Assembly: GCA_964518475.1 (NCBI GenBank)
Contig: CAZFGR010000008.1
Location: forward strand, 11,228 to 75,227
Direction: 5' to 3'
DNA: 64,000 bases
DNA from: an uncultured Nitrososphaerota archaeon
GTDB lineage: Archaea; Asgardarchaeota; Njordarchaeia; Njordarchaeales; Njordarchaeaceae
In this document: in pieces, positions 9,256 to 21,498 of the stretch
Layout of the letters: each line of letters opens with the position of its first letter
Position numbering within the stretch: position 1 is the stretch's first letter
Notes under the pieces: generated by a model
Told to the model about the DNA's origin: nothing
What the model saw: only the letters and a program-made list of their open reading frames with translations
Databases searched by the model: none
Position numbers and translations under genes: made by a program

Positions 9256-10560
9256 CTACTTTTCCTCTTTTTCAAAGAGATCTTTCAGTTCTATCTTAAT
9301 TCCATCAAATTCCCCCTTTATTGTTTTCGCTGCCACACCATATATTGCTTCTCTATTGTTAAGTTTTCTTCTCAATTCCTGGATTATTTCTTCTGCTTCG
9401 CTTGCTTTTAAGTCCCTCCATTTTACTTCTATCGCTAACAATTTATCATCCTCCACGCATACTATATCTATTTCTCTTTCCTTCTCCCAGTATCGTCCAC
9501 ATCTCCCTAAAATTGGTATCTTTCCAATTCTATACAAGTGTCTTAAGGAATGCCCTACTAAATCTTCGAAGACTTTTGGTAAGTAATTATTCATTTGTTC
9601 CTTTTTAAACCAGAAAGTTCCCCATTCAATCTTATCCTTGTTCGGGTACACGTACCTGACCCAGAACCTTATGTAATTGTCCTTAATGACATATATTGGT
9701 CGAGCCCTACCAATAATTGGTTTCTCTCTCACTACTATATCTAGTTTCTCTAATACATGGAGATACTTGGACAGATTTGTGATGTTAACCTTTGCTTTAT
9801 CCGATATCTTAGAATATGTTGTTGCGCCCTCTTCGATTGCTCTAATAATGTTAAGGTAGATATAGGGATCCCTAACCTCATATCGCAATAGGTTCTCGGC
9901 CTCTTCATAGAGGACTCCACCCTTATTGAAGAAGAGTCTGTTAACGTTTTCCTCAAAGCTTTTCCTCGGGTCAAATAGTGAGAGGTAATAGGGTATGCTT
10001 CCTACACACCCATATACCCTTACTAAATCTTCCAGATCATAGTTTGGGAGGAAATACTTAATATAGATAGGCTCTAATGGTCCAAGTTTCCACTGACCAG
10101 TTCTCCTACCATATAATCCGCTACCATAAGAGAAGCTCTTCTCCACAAGAGTAACCGTGGATGCCACTAGTATAAGGAATACAGAGCTCTTGCTTAAGTA
10201 CTCATCCCAGATCCTCTGCAGAATACTTAACACCCTAGGATCTTCCTCAATCCAGTAAGTAAACTCATCAATTACAACCACAATCTTCCCAGCTTCACTA
10301 AGTGCTGCGAAAATATTATCGAAGTCTGGCCTTACATATCTCCCTAAAGTGCGTGAAACTGCTTCTGCCAGCCTCTCTAACTCTAACTTAAGTGGTTGTT
10401 TCATAGCATAGAAATAAACTCCTTTCTTATCCTCCATAAATTTCTTAACAAGAACTGTTTTGCCTACCCTTCTCCTACCATAAATAACTACTAATTGAGC
10501 CTTATCCTCCCTATACAAGCTCTCGAGATAGCCTAACTCCTCCTCACGATCAATGAACAT
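9256..10560 (-). CDS. Archaeal ATPase (ATPase_2 + wHTH + DUF234/PD-(D/E)XK-like C-terminus), paralog A
   Basis: MFIDREEEL, YGRRRVGKT, VIDEF, LYGRRT, DNYIRFW, EIDIV..AIEVKW. True start is at 10560. Confidence 0.9.
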   Translation of the reverse strand: MFIDREEELGYLESLYREDKAQLVVIYGRRRVGKTVLVKKFMEDKKGVYFYAMKQPLKLELERLAEAVSRTLGRYVRPDFDNIFAALSEAGKIVVVIDEFTYWIEEDPRVLSILQRIWDEYLSKSSVFLILVASTVTLVEKSFSYGSGLYGRRTGQWKLGPLEPIYIKYFLPNYDLEDLVRVYGCVGSIPYYLSLFDPRKSFEENVNRLFFNKGGVLYEEAENLLRYEVRDPYIYLNIIRAIEEGATTYSKISDKAKVNITNLSKYLHVLEKLDIVVREKPIIGRARPIYVIKDNYIRFWVRYVYPNKDKIEWGTFWFKKEQMNNYLPKVFEDLVGHSLRHLYRIGKIPILGRCGRYWEKEREIDIVCVEDDKLLAIEVKWRDLKASEAEEIIQELRRKLNNREAIYGVAAKTIKGEFDGIKIELKDLFEKEEK

Positions 10561-10570
10561 CTCATCCAAT

Positions 10571-10615
10571 AGTATCACCATACTAAGTATCAAAATACTA
10601 AGTATTATAATACTT
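10571..10615. repeat. Triple 15-bp tandem palindrome AGTAT-N4-ATACT upstream of ATPase A
   Basis: AGTATCACCATACTA / AGTATCAAAATACTA / AGTATTATAATACTT. Confidence 0.85.
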
Positions 10616-10906
10616 AAAAATTCTAGTGCTCCGAGTTCAGACACTTTTTTAGCAAGTCCTATTTATCTTATAAGCGAGCCTTTTTCTTGCTTCCTAGGAA
10701 CCTTCAGGTAACTATCAACGCTTTATCTGCCGTCAAGACAATAGTTTTATAGGAATAAAGAAGTACCAGCTTTATATCCAATTTTGTCATAATTATTTCA
10801 TGAACCTGCTAGCCTCAGCTAGGTGTTAGTAGATAACACAGTGATTTTCTAGGTTTTAATAAGCCCCCATAAGTTCAATGAAGTTAGGAGATGTCCAAAA
10901 AGAATT

Positions 10907-11161
10907 ATGCAGGGCTCGGGGTTTCCTATGTCATATAGGGATCGAGTGATCTTCTTTTGCGTTGGTGATTCATCTAGGGTTTTTAGGAGGTTTGGAGCTA
11001 ATCTCTGGAAACTTTTAAGGGATCCTACTTACCAATCCATTATGTTGACTATTGCTGACGAGCCTTTATTCTTATCAGATATCGCTTCGAAAGTTTCTCT
11101 CAATAAAGCAGAGGTTTCTAAAAAATTTTCTGACATTTTTTCACGAGTAATGTTTATTTAA
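10907..11161 (+). pseudogene. Possible truncated winged-HTH protein fragment
   Basis: LLRDPTYQSIMLTIADEPLFLSDIASKVSLNKAEVSKK resembles a wHTH start, then the ORF ends abruptly. Confidence 0.35.
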
Positions 11162-11189
11162 ATGCAAGTCTCGTGGAGGTTGGGAATAA

Positions 11190-11462
11190 TTGTTTGAGAG
11201 TTTCAGATATAATATTACGGATAAACGGGTTATTCTTGAGAATGATTTTCCTAAGAAGTACACTGACTATATTCTCTTATCGGTAAGTCTCTCCTTTCTT
11301 CTTCCCTTACTCATCTTCATTATATTAGTGATTCCCGAGGCTCTAGCAACATTGTTAATGTTCAGCACGCTAGGAGGTATTCTTAGTGGTTTAATCAAGT
11401 TATACTTATTGTTGGTCGCTGGGATCTTTGTCTTTATCGTAATTTATTTCATCAGAGAATGA
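11190..11462 (+). CDS. Small membrane protein or fragment
   Basis: Two hydrophobic segments; no family recognised. Confidence 0.4.
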   Translation: MFESFRYNITDKRVILENDFPKKYTDYILLSVSLSFLLPLLIFIILVIPEALATLLMFSTLGGILSGLIKLYLLLVAGIFVFIVIYFIRE

Positions 11463-11659
11463 TGCGCATATGTATTGGTGCAATAGCTCTCCTAAAGTCA
11501 AAAGCACTCTTCATAAAAGTATACTACACATTGGAGGTATAGGTGTCTTAAGGAAGTTAGACATTATAGGTCTTCTTAACATCGATTCTCGAAATACTTA
11601 ATAACACTCGATAACCTATCTTATATATCGAGTTAAATTGTGATATTCTGGTGATATAG

Positions 11660-11896
11660 TTGCAATTCGAGGGAAAAGTCGGGTCAAAAGGAGAGTTGTT
11701 TATTCCAAAAAAGCTTAGAGAAGCGTTAGGACTTAAGCCTGGAGTTAAGGTACGGTACAAACTAGTAGGGAAGAAACTGATAGTTGAGCCGATTCCTAGT
11801 ATCGAGGATATTCTTACTGAAGACCCAAAAATCGTAATTGATCTTAAAGAATTTCTAGCATTCCGTCGCAAATTATCAAAGGTGTTAGAGGATTGA
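11660..11896 (+). CDS. AbrB/MazE family antitoxin
   Basis: KVGSKGELFIPKKLREALGLKPG; overlaps the PIN gene. Confidence 0.88.
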   Translation: MQFEGKVGSKGELFIPKKLREALGLKPGVKVRYKLVGKKLIVEPIPSIEDILTEDPKIVIDLKEFLAFRRKLSKVLED

Positions 11897-12369
11897 ATAT
11901 TCTTCTGGATACTTCATATCTATTACCATTAATCAGAGTGGGTATTAAGGGATTCGAGAGAAAAGACCTCATCAGGCTATTGGTGAAATATCAGATAAGT
12001 ATTTCTTCAATTTCAATCTTTGAACTCATTGCTAAAGGAGCTAAATTTGTAGCAAATGGAGTCTTAGACTTAGAAGATGTTATGGGTGGAATAATTGCTA
12101 TTCTATCTGATAAACGTATAAGAGTTATTGATTATGTGTCAAACAGGGATATTATTGAGATAAGTATTTTTCTTAGAAAGCTTATGGATGATTTCATTGA
12201 TTGCATTATTGTTGCTACAGCACTAGCTGAGACAAATATTCTATTAACTGAAGATAATAATATCCATCAACTCCAGAACAGTAAGGAATTCTTAAAAATA
12301 AGAGAAACTGTAAATGATTCATTACAAATTCTCAACTTGAGACAATTCAAAGCAACATTTAAGATATAG
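11893..12369 (+). CDS. vapC: PIN-domain VapC toxin
   Basis: LLDTS, SIFEL, FIDCIIVATA and LLTED supply the full acidic tetrad. Confidence 0.88.
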   Translation: MNILLDTSYLLPLIRVGIKGFERKDLIRLLVKYQISISSISIFELIAKGAKFVANGVLDLEDVMGGIIAILSDKRIRVIDYVSNRDIIEISIFLRKLMDDFIDCIIVATALAETNILLTEDNNIHQLQNSKEFLKIRETVNDSLQILNLRQFKATFKI

Positions 12370-12537
12370 GCATAATAGCTAGATCTTGATAAAAGCAAAA
12401 AGCAGACAATATCTAGAAGGAGAATAGTTAGACATTCTACGAAGACAACCATACAGTTCCGGAGACTGTATATCTTAAATAATAAAATTAGGAAAAAGTT
12501 GTAGTGTGGGTTACTTTGAAATTTTTCTGGAGTGTTC

Positions 12538-13533
12538 TCAAATTCCGAGATACCCAGGGGCTTTGGGAAACGGTATCGCATCTATTATATCTCGTACTCC
12601 CGTGATGTATCTGGTTAATCTCTCAACTCCTAGACCTATTCCAGAGCATGGCGGTACCCCACTGTACAATAATTCGAATAACCATACGTATTTCCTGGGA
12701 TCCACTCCTGTTTCTAACATTTTCTTCCTCACTCTCACCGGGTCTACTTCTCTTTCCCCTCCAGACGCTGCCTCACCAAAACCTTCTGGGTATAGAAGAT
12801 CCATATCTCTTAATTTGTCTCCTTCTCGTCTATAATAGAATCCTCTAACGTGGGGTGGGTAGTCAACTATCCACAGAGGCTCCTCATGTATCTGTGATAA
12901 GTATCTCTCCGCTTCCTTAGAAAGCTCACCACTTCTGTCTATTCCATAGCCGGCCTCAGAGACGATTTCTAGAGCCTTCTCGAATGTTATCACCTTGAAT
13001 GGCTTATGAGGAACTCTTAAATCTCGTCCAAGGGCCTCCAGTTCCTCGCTGCATTCCTTTTTAACGCGCTCTATTGTGTAAATTAATAACTCCTCGGTGA
13101 GTCTCATGATATCTTCTCTTGTAACATGGGCTACCTCTATATCTATTTGTCTGAACTCTGATAAACTTGTTGAGAAGTCATCGAGTCTAGGAGGTTCCTT
13201 TCTAATGTTAACAGCGACGTAGAATATTTTGTCATGAATCTTGAGACCAGCAAATTTGTAAAGTATAGCGCTAGTGACGAGTACGGCCTGCTCATCATAG
13301 AACTGTACAGTGAATTCTCGTGCCTCACGAATACCTGGATCCGTTACTGGAGAAACTGCTGGAGCTAGTAGCTCGACGAAGCCTTTATCGTACAAGAAGT
13401 CACGAACAGCTTTCAGTATGACTGCTTGGATACGGAAAACATTCTTATATTCGGGGCGGTCTAGAAAGAGATAACGTCTATAAATTCTTAGTTCAGGCAC
13501 AATCTTTTCTAATGTTTTCGCACTCCACTCCAT
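12538..13533 (-). CDS. Archaeal asparagine synthetase A (AsnRS-like, lacking anticodon domain)
   Basis: Class IIb aaRS catalytic core only: SPVTDP, EFRQIDIE, GEAASGGERE, GIGLGVERL, PFPKAPG; 331 aa. Confidence 0.8.
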   Translation of the reverse strand: MEWSAKTLEKIVPELRIYRRYLFLDRPEYKNVFRIQAVILKAVRDFLYDKGFVELLAPAVSPVTDPGIREAREFTVQFYDEQAVLVTSAILYKFAGLKIHDKIFYVAVNIRKEPPRLDDFSTSLSEFRQIDIEVAHVTREDIMRLTEELLIYTIERVKKECSEELEALGRDLRVPHKPFKVITFEKALEIVSEAGYGIDRSGELSKEAERYLSQIHEEPLWIVDYPPHVRGFYYRREGDKLRDMDLLYPEGFGEAASGGEREVDPVRVRKKMLETGVDPRKYVWLFELLYSGVPPCSGIGLGVERLTRYITGVRDIIDAIPFPKAPGYLGI

Positions 13534-13672
13534 TCACCTCCTGGAGGAGGGGGTCGATTTCTATAAACTCTCTTAACCATTTAAAACTTTTTCTGAACAT
13601 TCTTGTCAAAAATTAGTTGAGAATCTCCCCACGAGGTCCCCCTACTTTTACCTATTAGCAACTTTTGGATAA

Positions 13673-14893
13673 TCATGGTCCTATATGACCCATATATGTT
13701 TGAACAATCACCGTTTTTAGTCCGCTCTCCTCAAGTATTTTCTTGACCTTTAACATCTCTTCAACACTCGGTCTACTGATGTCGAGCCTCCTAAACTCTG
13801 GTCTATAGTCCAGAACAACCACTTGAACCTCTGGATCCATACGTGCTATTTTTTCACCAAACTTGTACAGTTTTTCGAGATTCGGGTAAAAAGCTTTGTT
13901 GTACGGTATCCCGATACCAAGAAACACTTCGTGTGGGTAATAATTGTCTATGATGTATTTTACTGCCTTCCATGAAGTCTCCAGATATTTTCTTGCTAGA
14001 GTATCGTCCGAGATATTAGTGATTATTTTAAAGGTTTCAATATCTACTGCTTTTAGATCTGCCCCAATATCGGTTACTCCTGCATCCACTAATTCATCTA
14101 TGTAATCGGGCGTTAGTAGCGTGGTGTTTGTGTCTAGGTGCAACCTCGCCTTCTTATCTGGATTCCTCCTCTTTAATTCCCTGAAAAATTCTACAAGCCA
14201 TCTGCGATTAAGTGTTGGTTCTCCTCCACTTATAGCTAATCTATCAACACCATATCTTCTCCTATACAAGGAGAGAATACCAGCAGCTTCACTAGGAGTA
14301 AGAGGCTTCGCATTGCTTTTATAAGTCACTAAAAAGTTTTGGCAAGTAGGGCACCTCAAATTACAGCCAGCCGCAAAACAAGCAACCTCTACGAAGTAAC
14401 CACTCCCCTTTACCCAATAGGGAGTGCCCACTCCACCCACTGGGTGCGGTTGGAAACCCTCAACAATTCTTAATGGGGTTTTATCAGCTACAGCAGTAAG
14501 AATAGTAGTTCCTTCCCGCACAGCAGTATGGCATGAAGGTTTTAATTCACCATCAATGATCAATGCGCACGCGTAACAACCCCCAGTTTCACAAGGAGAA
14601 AAAATGGCTCCCTTCTCTGGAAACTTCGTGAATCTATACCCAATGATTTCTAATGCCTTTTTAACAGTAATGTAAGCCGGTACCGAGAATTCCATGTTAT
14701 CCACTATTATCCTTACAGTCTCTCTCCACTCCGTATCTATTTCCTCTCTTATAGCCATATTAGGACATGCAAGATAGCAAGATGCACAACCTATGCACCT
14801 ATTAGGGGATGGACAAGCAACTATGCTCCTACAGATTCCACAATTTACGCACTCCCTCGAATCCCTAGAGTACTTCTTAAATATTACACTCAT
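13673..14893 (-). CDS. Radical SAM protein (PFL-activase-like) with N-terminal 4Fe-4S and 2Fe-2S-like domains
   Basis: GCNLRCPTCQN, SGGEPT, LDTN; N-terminal CVNCGIC, CIGCASCYLACP and CETGGCYAC. Confidence 0.85.
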   Translation of the reverse strand: MSVIFKKYSRDSRECVNCGICRSIVACPSPNRCIGCASCYLACPNMAIREEIDTEWRETVRIIVDNMEFSVPAYITVKKALEIIGYRFTKFPEKGAIFSPCETGGCYACALIIDGELKPSCHTAVREGTTILTAVADKTPLRIVEGFQPHPVGGVGTPYWVKGSGYFVEVACFAAGCNLRCPTCQNFLVTYKSNAKPLTPSEAAGILSLYRRRYGVDRLAISGGEPTLNRRWLVEFFRELKRRNPDKKARLHLDTNTTLLTPDYIDELVDAGVTDIGADLKAVDIETFKIITNISDDTLARKYLETSWKAVKYIIDNYYPHEVFLGIGIPYNKAFYPNLEKLYKFGEKIARMDPEVQVVVLDYRPEFRRLDISRPSVEEMLKVKKILEESGLKTVIVQTYMGHIGP

Positions 14894-14995
14894 AGAATGC
14901 CCTGTTCCAAAACAATCAATCTCTTATAACATACTTTTGTTTATGAAATATAGTTTTCTATTGAGTTTTTGAAAACTATGACGGAGAGTATTATT

Positions 14996-15877
14996 ATGTA
15001 TAACAAAATCATTAAGACAGCTACCTTTTCTATTGTGGCTGCTGATCTTGAAAAGGGTGATTGGGGAGTAGCAGTCTCATCCAAATTCATAGCAGTAGGT
15101 GCTCTTGTTCCATGGGCAAAAGCTAAGGTTGGAGCCATAGCTACGCAGGCATGGGCGAATATTTCTTTTGGTCCCAGAGGTTTAGAACTTCTAGCCAAAG
15201 GCTTATCTGCTAAAGAAGTTTTGGATAAATTGCTGGCTGACGATGATATGCGAGATCACCGCCAAGTAGGTATTGTGGATTGGAAGGGTGAAGTAGCTGC
15301 ATGGACTGGTCCCAAATGCTTCGGATGGGCTGGACACGTTATTGGTGAACACTATGTGGCCCTTGGAAATATTCTAGCAGGACCCGAAGTAGTTGAGGCT
15401 ATGGCGAAGGCCTTTGAGACAACCAAGGGTGAGCTGGTTGATAAGCTTTTAGCAGCTTTGGAGGCGGGGGATAATGCTGGTGGGGATAGGAGGGGGAAAC
15501 AGTCCGCGGCGATACTAGTGGTTAGGGAGAAGGGTGGTTACGGAGGTTATACTGACCGGTACGTTGATCTGAGAGTTGATGATCATCCGGAGCCGGTGAA
15601 GGAGCTGAAACGAATATTCAGGATATGGGATCTTACTCTCCTCTCCAGGGAGGATCCTAGTGATGTAGTTAAGTTAGAGGACGTGGCCGAGAAGATTCAA
15701 TTAGCTCTTAAGAAGCTCGGTTATTACAAAGGAGAAGTAACGGGGAAGCTAGATGAAGAGACGTTAAAAGCATTGGAGAATTGGATGCTTATAAACAATT
15801 TCGAGAATAAAATGAGGAAGGACGGGTATATTTGGGGAAGCATCTATAGATACCTAATGGATCTAGCAGGATTATGA
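14996..15877 (+). CDS. DUF1028 Ntn-hydrolase-like protein with C-terminal peptidoglycan-binding-like domain
   Basis: TFSIVA, GAIATQ, RQVGIVD, GGDRRGKQSA, DLRVDDH; tail LKKLGYYKGEVTG. Confidence 0.88.
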   Translation: MYNKIIKTATFSIVAADLEKGDWGVAVSSKFIAVGALVPWAKAKVGAIATQAWANISFGPRGLELLAKGLSAKEVLDKLLADDDMRDHRQVGIVDWKGEVAAWTGPKCFGWAGHVIGEHYVALGNILAGPEVVEAMAKAFETTKGELVDKLLAALEAGDNAGGDRRGKQSAAILVVREKGGYGGYTDRYVDLRVDDHPEPVKELKRIFRIWDLTLLSREDPSDVVKLEDVAEKIQLALKKLGYYKGEVTGKLDEETLKALENWMLINNFENKMRKDGYIWGSIYRYLMDLAGL

Positions 15878-15984
15878 AAAACAATTTTTTTCTTACTTAT
15901 TTTTAGAGTATGTTTTCCAGATTCTTATCTCATCAGCCCGCCAAAAATAGTGTCTAAAAAAGTGGTTTTCATCTAGGAGTTATT

Positions 15985-17097
15985 CTATACTTGTATTCCT
16001 AGGAGGGTTGTGGCTAGTTTACCTATTGTGTAAGTGGCTAAGGTTGCTCCCAGGATTATTGCTACGTTCTCGAGGGCTTTTCTACCAATCTTGCTTCCTG
16101 AGAGGATTGCTGCGAAAATTCCTGCTAGGAAGGAGATTATTGATGCTAGGAGTACCGAGATGATTGCTATGTAGATTACGTCTATGGATAACCAGTGCCC
16201 AATGAAGAAGGGGGTTATTGCTGGGAGTGCGCCTAAGATATAGTAGAGACCCGTGGTGGTGGCTACTTCTTTGGGATTTGTTGGAGTTTCTGATATGCTT
16301 AGACTCTTGGTTAGGGTTTCTAGTGTGGTGGGATCTTCCTTCACTGCCTCAACAATTTTCTCGATAACCTCGATGTTCGCTCCCTTGTTCTCAAGCGCCT
16401 CTCTCAAATCCTCTGCCAAGACTTCAGGCATGATTATTCTCTTAGCCTCTATCTCTTTTAATGATCCTTTGTAAACATCGTTCTGGCTCTTAGCTGATAA
16501 ATAAGCACCAGAAGTCATCGAAAAAGTACCGCCTATGGAGGATATCAATCCAGCGAGGCCTATTGCTAATGGGTTCGAAATAACTCCCGCAAGACCTATC
16601 ACGAGGGCGAGTATCTCTACGAGAGAATCCGTCATGCCATATATGGCGTCCTTAACTTTTGCGATTTTGGATTCTTCTCCCATTATTTTCTTAGCGAGTT
16701 CTGATTCGTGTTTTATCTCGTCTATAATGATTTCTTTTACTTGTTTGTACAGCTCTGGCTCATCTTTCAGTTTCGATAACATATTGGAATAGCTTATTGT
16801 AGCGTCTTTTTCCCCAAACTCTAAATAATAAATCATGAAGGTAATTGGTGTGATAGTGGCTAAAACCTTGTTGAGAAGTTTCTTAATTCTTAGCTTGAGT
16901 CCTGGAGTGAGTTTTACACCAAAACGTTCATTGGCGAGGCGGGCCCAGAACTCGGCATGTTTTTTCTCCATCTGAGCCAATTCGAAGAATGTCTCTTCTT
17001 TGCTTTTCTTACCTAAAAAGGAATAGATATCTTGAGCTAGGACCTCGTCTTCCCAAAAACTCTTTATTATTTCTAGATCCAAGCCCGCTAGTGGCAT
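15985..17097 (-). CDS. Rubrerythrin/ferritin-like domain + VIT1/CCC1 iron transporter
   Basis: ExxH pairs (EKKH, EIKH), DAIYGMTDSLVE, SMTSGAYLS, C-terminal TM helices. Confidence 0.88.
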   Translation of the reverse strand: MPLAGLDLEIIKSFWEDEVLAQDIYSFLGKKSKEETFFELAQMEKKHAEFWARLANERFGVKLTPGLKLRIKKLLNKVLATITPITFMIYYLEFGEKDATISYSNMLSKLKDEPELYKQVKEIIIDEIKHESELAKKIMGEESKIAKVKDAIYGMTDSLVEILALVIGLAGVISNPLAIGLAGLISSIGGTFSMTSGAYLSAKSQNDVYKGSLKEIEAKRIIMPEVLAEDLREALENKGANIEVIEKIVEAVKEDPTTLETLTKSLSISETPTNPKEVATTTGLYYILGALPAITPFFIGHWLSIDVIYIAIISVLLASIISFLAGIFAAILSGSKIGRKALENVAIILGATLATYTIGKLATTLLGIQV

Positions 17098-17135
17098 ATT
17101 TTTATCCCCCTCGAAAAACGTTTATGATCCTTGGA

Positions 17136-19991
<2,856 letters not shown>

Positions 19992-20116
19992 GCCTTAGCC
20001 TCCAGAAAAAGATTATTCCTAAAAACTAAAAACATATTTTTAAAAATTTAACCAATTAGGATCAAGATAAAATCTAAACGAGACTCTTTCTATATTTTTC
20101 CTCTTCTAATCTAACT

Positions 20117-21498
20117 TTATTGGGCCTTATTAGCATATTGTTGTGCTTGAGCTTTCATTACCCCGACTTTATTGATGATTACTGTTGCCGCCACCACCAT
20201 CGCTAACTGTGCCATCACCGCCACGCTCCATGTCGTCGTCACGTAGTCCCCAATGCTAACAAGATTGATCCTTATTATTAGCATTATTGCTGAGCCCTCT
20301 ATTTTCCTGATGAATGATTTATGTTTGTGAAAACTATCTTCGATTCTTGGTCTCTCGATCTTTGCACTAATGGATATCCATACCACATCGAGTGGCGTTA
20401 GGAGTTTTTTCCATTCATCTGGCTTAGTTTTCCTATCCCTACACGAATGCTCCCGAGTTCTGGATGGATCCAATATATCCCTATTTCACATATATTTAGT
20501 GCATCCATGCTAACTGCTCTGGCCTTAACAAGAATCCACGTCAGCGGGAGATACGTAATCATCAAATCTTTGTCAATCAACTCACTCACGCGAATGCTCT
20601 CGCCAAGCTCGAATATTTCCTCATAAGAATCCTCTAATAATTTGAATGTGAAATTTATTGAGCCGTTTAGTTTCTCAATATAAAGTTCAACATTCATTAG
20701 GGAGAATGTCATCATAGAGACTTTCCTTATAAAAACTCCATTGTTAGTAACGAGTCTCGCCTCAGCAAGTATCTCTAGGCGAATATCATGTGGTTGGTCG
20801 AGAGGTTTAAAACAATCGGCTATCTTTTCCCCAATCATATCATGAGGTTCTATCATGAGCCTTAGAAAGCCTCTCGGTGATTCTGGAATAATAGTTATTC
20901 TTCTCACGAGGATCGAGGCTCTATCCCAAGACGTTACTTTTATGCGAAATCTTATCCAATTCATGCAGGTGTTATTCACGAGTGATAAATCAAGTTTTCC
21001 TTCATAAGTGATTAATTCTCCAGATTTATTAAACCTAAAAGATACCGTTTCAACAATTATCTCTTCTTCCGATGTTAGGTAGCTGATCTGCATGTCAACA
21101 ACTTCATTACTGCTTAATGCCTCAATCTCGGCATGGACGTTTAGAGGTGATGCTAGGATGTGTATTAATGCCAGATCGATTATCGCGCCCGCTACCTCGG
21201 AATCACTATATATTAGGAGTCCCTGATCAGTAAGATTTAGTTTCGTACCTTGTATTAATGGGTAGAAACCGCCTCCGTGGTTATATGGGAAGTCTTTAAA
21301 GATTGGCTTTTCGATGAATTTTCCACTCCCAGTTAATGTTACTCCTGGAGAATGTTTTGCCTCAGCAACTACTCTTGATTCGACAATTATTGATAGGCCT
21401 CTAAGGGGGTTTGCGAGGAATATTACCGTTGCGAATAAATCTATGAGTGTCAGCAAAATTAAAAAGCCTCTTAATTCCTCTCTAGTCACCCTAACCAT
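20117..21498 (-). CDS. Membrane-anchored secreted hypothetical protein, apparently one gene split by a frameshift near 20405-20410
   Basis: ORF 20398-21498 has an N-terminal TM and overlapping ORF 20117-20473 has a C-terminal TM. One extra A in an A6 run joins them (MNGKKLLTPLD). Confidence 0.55.

Noticed and set aside
10561-10644. Hydrophobic N-terminal extension (LSIIILSILILSMVI) of ORF 9256-10644, resembling a TM or signal peptide
   Set aside because: It is the translation of the 15-bp DNA array (5-aa period). The family start MFIDRE is at 10560.
12538-13533. Truncated asparaginyl-tRNA synthetase pseudogene
   Set aside because: Loss of the anticodon domain is the known architecture of archaeal asparagine synthetase A.
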